A stretch of 64,000 bases of DNA, taken from NCBI GenBank assembly GCA_030612025.1, contig JAUWOR010000004.1, positions 1 to 64,000 on the forward strand, written 5' to 3'. Source of the DNA: Dehalococcoidia bacterium (GTDB lineage: Bacteria > Chloroflexota > Dehalococcoidia > GIF9 > AB-539-J10). The stretch's first letter is position 1; each line of letters starts with the position of its first letter. The translations under genes and the position numbers were made by a program. The notes below the pieces were generated by a model. It searched no databases. It was given only the letters and a program-made list of their open reading frames with translations, and was not told the DNA's origin. Shown in pieces: positions 37,511 through 47,210 of this stretch.

Positions 37511-38605
37511 TCATAGCTGAAAGCTATCCTTTCCTGACCTGGTGAGCACTTTAGCTCTGCCTTTTTCTAGAGTTACCATATCCTCAATTCTAACACCACC
37601 ATATCCAGTGAGGTAAATTCCAGGTTCTATGGTAAAAACCATGCTATCGCCAAGCAAGTCTGATGAAGCGGTAGAGAGTGTAGGGAGCTCATGTATTGTC
37701 AGCCCGACACCATGACCCAGACCATGTCCGAAATTATCGCCATAGCCAGCTTGCTCAATAACACTCCGAGCCAACTTATCAGCCTCACTTGCAGTCATGC
37801 CTGATTCGATCCTGTCTATAGCTACGAGCTGTGCTTCCAAGACGATGTTATAAATAGCTGATAGCTGATAGCTGACAGCTTTCAGCTTTTTGCCCCAGCA
37901 TAAAGTGCGGCTAAAATCGCTGCAATAGCCACCAATGCGGGCTCCCATGTCAATTAGCACCGGTTCACCAGGGTGAATTACTCTTTCTGTGGGCTTAGCG
38001 TGAGGTAAAGCTGAATTGGGGCCTGAGGCTACTATAATTTCAAAAGGCACTCCCTCACTTCCATTCCGGCGAAGGAATTTCTCAATTTCCCAGGCTGCTT
38101 CCCTTTCTGTTACACCTGGGCGAATTATGGATTTAACCTGTTCGAAAGTAGCATCAGTTAGCTCCACGGCCTTTATGATAAGCTCTAATTCCTCTGGCTC
38201 CTTTACGGAGCGGAGATGCTCCACCAAGTTAGTGGTGGGAACAAGCTCTAAGTTTAACTGTTTGGCTTTTATCGTTTCAGCGAGCTGGTGATGAGCAGCA
38301 AAGGAAAGGTACTCCGCCTCAAAACCTAATTTATGCCACCCTAAATTGGATATCAGGTCGAGAAGCCAGTTATGTGGCTCTCCTTTAATTTGGATGATTT
38401 CGAAATCTTGGGTCTCTTTCTTAGCTTGCTCCGTATAACGAAAGTCGGTGGCTAAAAGGGCCTGGTTACCTGAGATGAGCAGCCACCCTGAGGAGCCGGT
38501 AAATCCAGAAAGGTAGCGATAATTTTCCGGCTGAGAAACTAAAAGGCCATCCAAGCCCTTTTCGGCAATTGGAGATCGCAGCTTCTGCAATCGGCTTACG
38601 GCCAA
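37511..38605 (-). CDS. Xaa-Pro aminopeptidase (M24B)
   Basis: YLSGFTGS, TDFRY, ALPHA, IDMG, YCSDFSRT, HGLGHGVG, IEPGIY, GGVRIED. TTG start at 38605. Confidence 0.92.
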   Translation of the reverse strand: MAVSRLQKLRSPIAEKGLDGLLVSQPENYRYLSGFTGSSGWLLISGNQALLATDFRYTEQAKKETQDFEIIQIKGEPHNWLLDLISNLGWHKLGFEAEYLSFAAHHQLAETIKAKQLNLELVPTTNLVEHLRSVKEPEELELIIKAVELTDATFEQVKSIIRPGVTEREAAWEIEKFLRRNGSEGVPFEIIVASGPNSALPHAKPTERVIHPGEPVLIDMGARIGGYCSDFSRTLCWGKKLKAVSYQLSAIYNIVLEAQLVAIDRIESGMTASEADKLARSVIEQAGYGDNFGHGLGHGVGLTIHELPTLSTASSDLLGDSMVFTIEPGIYLTGYGGVRIEDMVTLEKGRAKVLTRSGKDSFQL

Positions 38606-39042
38606 CTTTCTCCCCTCAGTTGGGCTACTAAAGCTCGCAAGGCAGCGATATACCCTCTCCAGCCTAAGCCACTGATTTGCCCTTTGGCTATGGGAGCTAT
38701 TACAGACTGAGCTCGCCATTCCTCTCGGGCATAAATATTGGATAAATGAACTTCAATGAGTGGCAGCTTAGTATCAGCCAAGGCATCACGAAGGGAAAAG
38801 CCATAGTGAGTGAGAGCCCCGGGGTTGATGATTATGCCACTTGCTGAATCCGTTTGCTCCTGAATGAAGTCTATAAGTGCACCTTCGCTATTAGATTGGA
38901 AGGTTACCACCTCTATATTTAATGCCTCACCCTGCTCCTTTATCAGAGAATCGATCTCGGCTAAAGTCTTGCCTCCGTAGATTTCTTTGTCTCGCTTACC
39001 GAGCATATTTAAGTTTGGTCCGTTAATGACTAGAATTTTCAT
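38596..39042 (-). CDS. aroQ: Type II 3-dehydroquinate dehydratase
   Basis: NGPNLNMLGKR, QSNSEG, INPGALTH, EVHLSNIYARE. Confidence 0.96.
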   Translation of the reverse strand: MKILVINGPNLNMLGKRDKEIYGGKTLAEIDSLIKEQGEALNIEVVTFQSNSEGALIDFIQEQTDSASGIIINPGALTHYGFSLRDALADTKLPLIEVHLSNIYAREEWRAQSVIAPIAKGQISGLGWRGYIAALRALVAQLRGESWP

Positions 39043-39067
39043 AAGGCTACCTCCTCCTTGAGATTGT

Positions 39068-39245
39068 TAGACTGTTTAATTTTGCCTCAGCTTTAAAACT
39101 AGATTTTCCTCATCCGGTTTTAATAATCTTCACCCCCAAGATTCTTGTAGTGCGACCCTTTAGGGTCGTGCACGAGGCTACCCCGTGTAGTACTCTTCGC
39201 TACTACACAGGGCTAAAGCCTCGCACTACATTTTTAAATGGCCTC
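39068..39245 (-). mobile_element. MITE-like element, copy 4 (modules A+B); its terminus supplies the topA stop codon
   Basis: On the minus strand GAGGCCATTTAAAAATGTAGTGCG..AAAATTAAACAGTCT. Confidence 0.8.
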
Positions 39246-41375
39246 TTCCCTCTCCGACTCCAACTTAGCTAGTTTTACTTTATACTGGCAGGCGGTGCAT
39301 TTTGCCTTGCCGTCTCTATCCAGCACCAAAAGCTTACCACACTCAGGGCAAGGCTGGGGAATTGGTTTATAATTTGTGGCGAATTTACATTGGGGAAAAT
39401 TGCTGCAGCCATAGAAAACTTGCCCTCTTTTATTGACTCTCTCCACCAATTCGACACCACATTGTGGGCAGGGGATTCCGATCTTGACCATGAAGGGGCG
39501 CGTTGTCTTACACTCAGGGTAACCACTACAGGCGAGAAATTTGCCAAACCGTCCCATTTTTACCACCATAGGTCGGCCGCAGTTAGGACATATTTCATCG
39601 GTTGGCTTACTCATATCAACTTTAACTATAGCTAATCGAGCTTTACACAGCATATCCTCGAAGGGAGAGTAAAAGTCTCTTAAAACGGGTATCCATTCCT
39701 GCTTACCTTGAGCTATTTCATCCAGTTGTTCTTCCATCTGTGCTGTGAAACCAAAATCAACAATCTTTGGGAAATGCTCCTTCAAAATGCTATTTACAAT
39801 CACGCCCAGTTCGTGGGGATAGAATTTTCCGTCTGCTTTATACACGTAGTCCCTTTCCTGAATAATCGACAGGATGGGGGCGTAAGTGCTGGGACGACCA
39901 ATACCCCTCTGCTCCAGTGCTTTAATCAAGGTCGCTTCGGTGTAGCGGGGTGGGGGTTGGGTGAAGTGCTGTTCAGGGAAGGTTCCCCAATAGCTTAATC
40001 TGTCACCAATTTTCAACTCAGGCAAGAAAACAAAACCTTCTTGCTCCTCTTCATCCTTAGTTTCGCTATAAACGGTTATGAAGCCAGGAAATTTAACCAC
40101 AGAGCTAGCGGCTTTAAGTAAATAGCCTTGAGATTGCTTCGCTTCGCTCGCAATGACATGGTTGGTTTGTATTTCCACATTGGTTGTGTCGTATAAGGCT
40201 GGTGACATCTGGCTGGCTACCATGCGTTTCCAGATAAGCTGATAGAGTTTTAACTGGGCTGGATTAAGAAATGGTTTAACTTGTTCTGGCTCACGGTAAA
40301 TCTTGGTAGGGCGAATTGCCTCATGAGCTTCCTGCGCCCATTTTGCTTTCCGGGCAAAAACACGTGGCTTTGATGGTAGGAAATCCTCCCCATACTTTTT
40401 AGCGATAAAGTCCCTCACTTCAGCTATAGCGGAGACAGCCACACGAGTGGAGTCGGTGCGCATATAGGTAATAAGCCCCACCGAGCCTTCCTCGCCCAGG
40501 GGCAGGCCTTCGTAAAGCTGTTGAGCCACTGCCATAGTGTGCTTAGCGGTGAAGTGCAGTTTCCTCCAGGCTTCCTGCTGTAAAGTGCTGGTGATGAAAG
40601 GCGGAGCTGGCTGGCGAGCTATTTGTTTGGTTCGTATTGATTTAACGAAATAATTAGCCTTTTCTAAATCGGCAGTAATCTTGTTTGCCTTATTCGCATC
40701 GCTGATATTTAGCTTCGTGCCATCGGCTGAGGCTATGAGTTTGGCTCTAAACTTGGCTTCCTGTTCTTCGAGCGGAGCTAATTCAACCTCGATAATCCAA
40801 TATTCTTTAGGATTAAAGTCCTGAATTTTCTGCTCACGGTCAGCAATCATTCTTACCGCCACCGATTGAACTCTGCCGGCTGAGAGGCCCCTCTGCACCT
40901 TCCGCCATAGCAGGGGGCTTAGTTTATAGCCAACGAGTCTATCGAGGATGCGCCTGGCTTGCTGGGCGTTAACTAAATTTATATCAATGGAGTGGGGGGT
41001 CTTGAATGCTTTTTTTACTGCCTCCTTGGTTATTTCGTGAAAGACAACGCGACGAATAGGCACTTTATCTCTATCTAATTTAGCTGCGGCAACAAGATGC
41101 CAGGAGATTGCCTCTCCCTCACGGTCGGGGTCGGTGGCTAGATAAATAGAGCTGGCTTTACTCGCTGCCTCTTTGATTTCTCGGATTACCTTTCTCTTTC
41201 TCTGTGGGATGACATATTTGGGGGTGAAGTCTTTATCTATATTCACTCCTAAGCTTTTCCGAGGTAAATCACGCACATGTCCTAATGATGCCTTAATGCT
41301 ATAGCTACGCCCCAAAATCTTATTTAGCGTCCTCGCCTTGGCCGGAGATTCAACAATAACTAATTTCTGTGCCAT
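39234..41375 (-). CDS. topA: DNA topoisomerase I with a short palindromic insertion
   Basis: VESPAKA, ATDPDREGE, SAGRVQS, LITYMRTDS, AHEAIRPT, GIGRPSTY, C-terminal zinc ribbons. Confidence 0.97.
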   Translation of the reverse strand: MAQKLVIVESPAKARTLNKILGRSYSIKASLGHVRDLPRKSLGVNIDKDFTPKYVIPQRKRKVIREIKEAASKASSIYLATDPDREGEAISWHLVAAAKLDRDKVPIRRVVFHEITKEAVKKAFKTPHSIDINLVNAQQARRILDRLVGYKLSPLLWRKVQRGLSAGRVQSVAVRMIADREQKIQDFNPKEYWIIEVELAPLEEQEAKFRAKLIASADGTKLNISDANKANKITADLEKANYFVKSIRTKQIARQPAPPFITSTLQQEAWRKLHFTAKHTMAVAQQLYEGLPLGEEGSVGLITYMRTDSTRVAVSAIAEVRDFIAKKYGEDFLPSKPRVFARKAKWAQEAHEAIRPTKIYREPEQVKPFLNPAQLKLYQLIWKRMVASQMSPALYDTTNVEIQTNHVIASEAKQSQGYLLKAASSVVKFPGFITVYSETKDEEEQEGFVFLPELKIGDRLSYWGTFPEQHFTQPPPRYTEATLIKALEQRGIGRPSTYAPILSIIQERDYVYKADGKFYPHELGVIVNSILKEHFPKIVDFGFTAQMEEQLDEIAQGKQEWIPVLRDFYSPFEDMLCKARLAIVKVDMSKPTDEICPNCGRPMVVKMGRFGKFLACSGYPECKTTRPFMVKIGIPCPQCGVELVERVNKRGQVFYGCSNFPQCKFATNYKPIPQPCPECGKLLVLDRDGKAKCTACQYKVKLAKLESEREEAI

Positions 41376-41378
41376 AAC

Positions 41379-42485
41379 CTACCTTGTTTTAACTTCGTGA
41401 GCCAGCACATAATTCATATTGCCTACTTGTCTGGCTATTCCCTTCAATTCCAGCATGGCTAGCGTGCTGCTTACCTCCGGTATGGTTAAACCGCTACGAC
41501 GGCAAATCTCATCTATATGGTTTGGCTCAGAAGTTAGTTGCTTTAGTATCACAGATTCAGTTTCATCCGCTGGCAGGAACTCCTTGATCTCCAGTTGCTG
41601 TGTTACCATGGTCAAGTTTAATTCTTCTAAAATGTCAGCAAAGTCATGGACCAGCTTGGCTCCTTCCTGTATAAGGCGGTTGGTTCCCTTACTAGAGGGG
41701 GAAAGGATACTGCCTGGGATGGCAAAAACCTCCCGGTTTTGCTCTACTGCCTGATGTGCTGTGATTAAAGCTCCACTCCTTTCTCCAGCCTCCACCACTA
41801 ATACCCCTAAGCTTAGACCGCTCATAATCCGATTGCGAAGTGGAAAGTTCTCAGCCTTAGGTCTTATACCTAAAGGATATTCGCTTAGCAATGCCCCGCT
41901 TTCCATAATAGCTTGGGCTAATTTAACGTTTTCAGCCGGGTAAACAATATCCAGTCCCGAGGCGAAGACAGCTACCGTTCTACCTCCAGCATCTAAAGTA
42001 GCCCGATGGGCTATGGAATCAATTCCTCTGGCTAATCCACTAACAATAGTAATTTTGCTTCTTGCCAGGTCAGCCACGATTTCTTCCGTTACTTGCCGTC
42101 CGTAGATGGTAGGGCGGCGGGTGCCAACCACAGCGAGGCAGGGTTCATCCTGGGATAAAAGATTGCCCCTGACATAGAGCACCGGCGGGTAATCATAGAT
42201 TTGCTTCAATCTAGGAGGATAAGAGGGGTCTTCGCAGGCAAGCACCTTTACCTTGTAGCGTTCCAGCTTTTCTATCTCAGCATCCAGGGAAATCTTGGGA
42301 CGCAGCAGAAGTAAAGCATCTATGCTTCGTGAGTCTAATCCGGCCTGCTTTAACTCGCCTTCCGGGGCTTTCCAAGCGTCCTGTAAACTGCCAAAATGCT
42401 CTTTTAGCTGGGAAACCCTCACTCGGCCAACCCCAGGTATTTTGGAGAAGCCTACCCAGTATTTCAGCTCGTTAGCGCTTACCAT
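41379..42485 (-). CDS. dprA: DNA-processing protein DprA
   Basis: AVVGTR, VSGLARGID, NFPLRNR, EAGERSGALITA, NRLIQEGA. Confidence 0.95.
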   Translation of the reverse strand: MVSANELKYWVGFSKIPGVGRVRVSQLKEHFGSLQDAWKAPEGELKQAGLDSRSIDALLLLRPKISLDAEIEKLERYKVKVLACEDPSYPPRLKQIYDYPPVLYVRGNLLSQDEPCLAVVGTRRPTIYGRQVTEEIVADLARSKITIVSGLARGIDSIAHRATLDAGGRTVAVFASGLDIVYPAENVKLAQAIMESGALLSEYPLGIRPKAENFPLRNRIMSGLSLGVLVVEAGERSGALITAHQAVEQNREVFAIPGSILSPSSKGTNRLIQEGAKLVHDFADILEELNLTMVTQQLEIKEFLPADETESVILKQLTSEPNHIDEICRRSGLTIPEVSSTLAMLELKGIARQVGNMNYVLAHEVKTR

Positions 42486-42573
42486 GGAACTCGAATGGAT
42501 TGTAGCATAGACGGGGTAAGCAAGGAAGAATGTGTACTTGTTCGTATGATGGCTGCCAGATGGGTTCCCTCCT

Positions 42574-42827
42574 TGTCATTGCGGGGCACATTTCCTCTCC
42601 CTTGAGGAGAGGATTGAGGTGAGGGTGATGAACGAAGCAATCTCAACGAAAGGGGATAACCATGGGATTGCTTCGCGGAGCCTGTCCTGAGCGCCACCAG
42701 ATTCTTCGCGGAGTTTATCCTGGTGAGCCGAAGCTCTGAGTCCTGACGATAGGAAGGAACCGAAGAGGAGATTCTTCGGTCGCTTCTCTTCCTCAGAATG
42801 CCAGAAAGCGAAGGACTCGCAATGACA
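42574..42827. repeat. Multiply nested palindromic elements
   Basis: A gtcattgcg..cgaagcaatctc element is split by a CCTCTCC hairpin; a gggattgcttcg..gcaatgac element encloses two agattcttcg elements. Confidence 0.8.
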
Positions 42828-42942
42828 TAAAAACTAGCGGTAAAGAGGCTGACAGTATTACCCGCACCTGAAGGATAATAGACACACACTGATTGCCGTA
42901 GCGTGTTAGTCCATGTGCTAGACTAAAAAATTAAACTTTACC

Positions 42943-44115
42943 TCACTTCTCAGCATAGGTGACAGTAAGGGTAACTGAATACCACTCAATATATTGCTTG
43001 ATGCAGTTACCGTTAGTTTTACTCGTAAAGTCGGCTCTCAACTGCAGGCGTCTGGGACTAAGCCCCTTCCCGATCCTGCTTACCTCCTCTGTTACATCTA
43101 TAACTTCCGGGGGGTCCCATATAATGTTGCCCAGTTCCATTTTCCAATCTGCGTAATAACTTGGTAAGTCTCCCGAAGTATCATCACGAATCTGCCATAG
43201 ATGTAACCCTCGAAGCCCTTCGCGGCCTGGGGCGAATGGACTGGGATCACCAACCACTTCCTTTGTGGTAAAAGTGAGCTTGGCCGCCTTTACCTCAGTG
43301 CCTATCAAGCTGTAGAGGTCGAAGCTCCAGAAGGCGCGGTAGCCGACATTATCATCGTCATCTCCGGCCTTAGTAAAAGTATAATGGCGTCCAGTACTGG
43401 ATACTGTGCCAGTTTCGCTGGACACTGGATCAAAGGTTTCCGTCACCTCAGTCCTCTGCGCGGTAATCGATACACTGCCTATAGTGCCACCGCCCTTACC
43501 ATCATCAACGATAACTGTAATAGTAAACTCTCCCTCTCTATCTGGTGCTATCCAGGTGACTGTGCTGCCTGACCCGGTAATGCTGCCATCACTGGCCTTC
43601 CAGTCGTAGTTGAGAACATCGCCATCTGGGTCCGTGGCAACACAGGTAATCGTCGATTTGCCCTGGGGTGGAATTGTAACCGGGTCGGCGACTAAGCTAG
43701 AAATAACTGGGTCCATGTTCTGCACCACACTCATTGTTACACTGGCTTGTGTAATACCACTTTTGCTATCTTTGACAGTAACAGTAATAGTGTAATCTCC
43801 GTATTGCTCTGAAGCTACCCAAGAAACTGTAGGTCCAGTCCCGGTGAATTTGCCACCTGTGGTTGACCATTCATAGCTTATAGTATCACCATCTGGGTCT
43901 GACGCATTGCATTGAATCTCAATCATGTCTGAGGGATAAGCTTGCGTCTGAGCAGGTGTTAGACTTGAGATTTGTGGTGGTTGATTAGCGCTTGGGGTCG
44001 GGGTTGGAGTTGGTGGTGCTGGCGCAGGTTCTTCACTTGGGCCACAGGCACTGCATATTATTATTGTAAGCAGTATAGCCAGAATTACCCCGATTCTTAT
44101 TTTGAATCTATTCAT
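42943..44115 (-). CDS. Lipoprotein with tandem Ig/PKD-like repeats
   Basis: Signal peptide ending SAC, Pro/Thr linker, two N.PP.I..L..ASDPDGD..Y.W....G repeats. Confidence 0.75.
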   Translation of the reverse strand: MNRFKIRIGVILAILLTIIICSACGPSEEPAPAPPTPTPTPSANQPPQISSLTPAQTQAYPSDMIEIQCNASDPDGDTISYEWSTTGGKFTGTGPTVSWVASEQYGDYTITVTVKDSKSGITQASVTMSVVQNMDPVISSLVADPVTIPPQGKSTITCVATDPDGDVLNYDWKASDGSITGSGSTVTWIAPDREGEFTITVIVDDGKGGGTIGSVSITAQRTEVTETFDPVSSETGTVSSTGRHYTFTKAGDDDDNVGYRAFWSFDLYSLIGTEVKAAKLTFTTKEVVGDPSPFAPGREGLRGLHLWQIRDDTSGDLPSYYADWKMELGNIIWDPPEVIDVTEEVSRIGKGLSPRRLQLRADFTSKTNGNCIKQYIEWYSVTLTVTYAEK

Positions 44116-44335
44116 TTTATTTACCTTCCTTATTGGCGCAAGTTAGCTGAAATTAATTATATCTAAGATGTATGTTTTATACAATGCTAGCGACATAACC
44201 TTAGACTCATTATGCTTGAGCAACAGAGCTTGGAGGAGTCTACCCAGTATTTCAACTCATCAGTGGTTAGCATAAAAGTTGAATGGATTTTAGCATAGGC
44301 ACTGGCTAAAGGATAGCTAAATTAGTTCTTAAAGC

Positions 44336-46978
44336 TTAAGTGGTTGGCTCCACCGCTACTCTTGCCGCAGTAAGGCGGGCTACAGGCACACGGTAAGGCG
44401 AGCAACTCACATAGTCTAAGCCTACTTTATGGAAAAATTCTATGGACTTTGGGTCCCCTCCATGTTCCCCACAAACGCCTATCTTTAGGTCAGGCTTGGT
44501 TTTCCTCCCCCTTTCCACTGCTATTTTTATAAGTTCACCAACTCCCTTCTCATCCAAGCTAATGAAAGGGTCAAGCCTAAAAATTTCCCTCTTGAGATAA
44601 GAGGGCATAAAAGTTCCAGCATCGTCTCGACTAATCCCTAGAGCCATTTGAGTTAAATCGTTAGTGCCAAAGGAAAAGAAGTCAGCAAATTTAGCAAGCT
44701 CGTCGGCAATGAGAGCAGCCCTGGGAAGTTCGATCATTATTCCTACTTTATAGGCTAGACCTTCAGCTTCTTTCTCTCTTTTTACCTTCTCACAAGTAGT
44801 AACTACGAGTTCCCTGAGAAACTTTAACTCCTCAACATGTGCTATAAGAGGTAGCATAATCTCAGGAAAGACCCTAACCCCCTTTTTACTCAACTCGCAG
44901 GCAGCCTCCATTATAGCTCTAACCTGTATTTGGTAGATTTCAGGGGAGGTAATGCCAAGACGACATCCGCGATGACCAAGCATAGGATTGGACTCGTGCA
45001 ACTCTTCCACCCTGTCACGAAGCTTTTCAAAGGGAGTGCTTAAGTGCTGGGATAAAGCTTTGAGTTCATCCGCAGCGTAAGGTGGGGGAAGAAATTCATG
45101 AAGAGGAGGGTCTAAAAGGCGAATGGTGACAGGCAAGCCTTCCATTTGTGCAAAAATTTGCCCAAAATCTGCTCTTTGAATCCGCAGAAGCTCTTCCAAA
45201 GCTTTCTCTTTGGCTCTACTCTCTTCAGCAATTATTACTCTCCTAAAGTGGTCTATTCTATCGGGTTGGAAAAACATGTGCTCTGTTCTACAAAGTCCCA
45301 CACCTTCGGCTCCAAGTTCTCTCGCTAGCTTCGCATCTTGGGGATTATCAGCGTTTGCCATAACTTTTAACCTCTTAGCCAAATCTGTCCAAACTAAGAG
45401 TTCTTCTAGATCGCGACCAGGCCTTGGGGCGATAACGGGGAGTTTCCCCGAGAGAACCTCCCCTTCGGTTCCGTCCAAAGTAATGTAGTCCCCTTTTCTG
45501 AATATTCTATTCCCCGCGACAAATTCCCCTCTCCCCTCATTAATGTTTATACCACTTGCGCCCACTATACAAGTTTTCCCCATACCTCGAGTCACCACTG
45601 CGGCGTGTGATGTTATTCCTCCCGTGGCGGTCAGCACCCCTATGGCAGCCCTTATTCCCGAGAAATCATCGGCTGAGGTTTTATTTCTAACTAGAATAAA
45701 CTCATCACCACCTTCGCGGGCGAGCTGAGCCAGCTCCTCTGGATCAAATATTATCTTTCCTGAAGCAACCCCTGGGGAGGCGGGAAGACCCGTAGCAATG
45801 ACTTCTTTTTCCACTGTAGGATCCAGAGTAGGATATAATAGTTGCTCTATATCCTCTGGAGCGATATAACGGAGAGCCTCCTTTTTGCTAATTAATTTTT
45901 CCCTCGCCATATCAATAGCAATTTTGACACCTGCTTGAGCTGTCCTTTTCCCCGCCCTCGTTTGCAAGACCCATAATTTTCCATCCTGGATAGTAAATTC
46001 AATGTCCTGTAAATCTTTAAAGTGTCGTTCCAGTCTCTGAGAAATGTCTGAGAGCTCTTGGTAGCATTGAGGCATAATCTCTGCTAAAGCGCTTATAGGT
46101 TGAGGAGTTCTAATCCCTGCTACTATATCCTCGCCTTGAGCATTGCACATAAATTCTCCAAAAAGCTTCCTTTCCCCTGTTGACGGATCGCGAGAGAAAA
46201 CAACTCCAGCACCACTTCTGTTTCCCATATTCCCAAAAACCATAGCTTGAATATTTGCTGCTGTCCCCCACTCTGAGGGAATATCGTTAGCCTCTCTATA
46301 TGCTATGGCTCTGGGTGTATTCCAGGACTCGAAGACAGCGGAAATGGCTCCCCAAAGTTGCACATAAGGGTCGGAGGGACACTCTTTACCGCTAACTTCT
46401 TTTATTTCGCTTTTCATCCTTTCTAGTAGATTCTTGAGGCCGTCAGCTGAGAGTTCAGTATCTAGTGTAAGGTCCTTCCTCTCCTTTTCATCCTCCAAGA
46501 GTTTCTCAAAAACCTCCCCTGGCATTCCCATCACTATTTTGCCATACATTTGGATAAATCTTCGGTAGCTGTCGTAGGCAAATCTTTCGTTACTCGTACC
46601 TTTTGCTAAGCCACAAACGGTATTTTCATTTAAGCCTACGTTGAGTATGGTGTCCATCATACCTGGCATGGATACTCGGGCGCCCGAGCGCACAGAAAGA
46701 AGTAGGGGATTTCCCTTATCACCAAATTTCGCCCCTATAATTTTTTCTATTTTGGCCAAATTCTCATCTACTTGATGTTTTAATTCTTTGGGATAGCGCT
46801 TATTATTCTGAAAGTAAAGGTTACAGACCTCAGATGTAATGGTAAATCCAAGAGGAACTGGGATTCCCATTCTTGACATCTCGGCAAGATTAGCTCCCTT
46901 ACCTCCTAAAATACTCTTTAGCTCTGCTTTTCCATCCGCTGTGCCACCACCAAAAAAGTAAACGTATTTCGTTTCCAT
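44336..46978 (-). CDS. ppdK: Pyruvate, phosphate dikinase
   Basis: GGKGANLAEM, SVRSGA, QGEDIVAG, GGITSHAAV, GLCRTEHM, SFGTNDL, GEHGGD. Confidence 0.97.
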   Translation of the reverse strand: METKYVYFFGGGTADGKAELKSILGGKGANLAEMSRMGIPVPLGFTITSEVCNLYFQNNKRYPKELKHQVDENLAKIEKIIGAKFGDKGNPLLLSVRSGARVSMPGMMDTILNVGLNENTVCGLAKGTSNERFAYDSYRRFIQMYGKIVMGMPGEVFEKLLEDEKERKDLTLDTELSADGLKNLLERMKSEIKEVSGKECPSDPYVQLWGAISAVFESWNTPRAIAYREANDIPSEWGTAANIQAMVFGNMGNRSGAGVVFSRDPSTGERKLFGEFMCNAQGEDIVAGIRTPQPISALAEIMPQCYQELSDISQRLERHFKDLQDIEFTIQDGKLWVLQTRAGKRTAQAGVKIAIDMAREKLISKKEALRYIAPEDIEQLLYPTLDPTVEKEVIATGLPASPGVASGKIIFDPEELAQLAREGGDEFILVRNKTSADDFSGIRAAIGVLTATGGITSHAAVVTRGMGKTCIVGASGININEGRGEFVAGNRIFRKGDYITLDGTEGEVLSGKLPVIAPRPGRDLEELLVWTDLAKRLKVMANADNPQDAKLARELGAEGVGLCRTEHMFFQPDRIDHFRRVIIAEESRAKEKALEELLRIQRADFGQIFAQMEGLPVTIRLLDPPLHEFLPPPYAADELKALSQHLSTPFEKLRDRVEELHESNPMLGHRGCRLGITSPEIYQIQVRAIMEAACELSKKGVRVFPEIMLPLIAHVEELKFLRELVVTTCEKVKREKEAEGLAYKVGIMIELPRAALIADELAKFADFFSFGTNDLTQMALGISRDDAGTFMPSYLKREIFRLDPFISLDEKGVGELIKIAVERGRKTKPDLKIGVCGEHGGDPKSIEFFHKVGLDYVSCSPYRVPVARLTAARVAVEPTT

Positions 46979-47210
46979 TTTTTATCCCCTCTTTTCAGTC
47001 TTTGATTTTAGACACCTTGTATATTGTAACACTTGCTGCTGCCAGAGGAAGAGCAAAGTCCATTTAGTGGCAAGTCCTACGGAAACCACCATCTAGGGAT
47101 GGCGAATCTTTTCTCGCAGCCTTGGCAATATATCCTACGAGCCAAGCCACAAGCAGCACCGCCACTTCGAACTAAACCAACTTTTTGGGGTTTACCCACT
47201 GAAATCTCCT

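Noticed and set aside
42479-42889. 136-aa ORF upstream of dprA
   Set aside because: Made largely of nested repeat translations.
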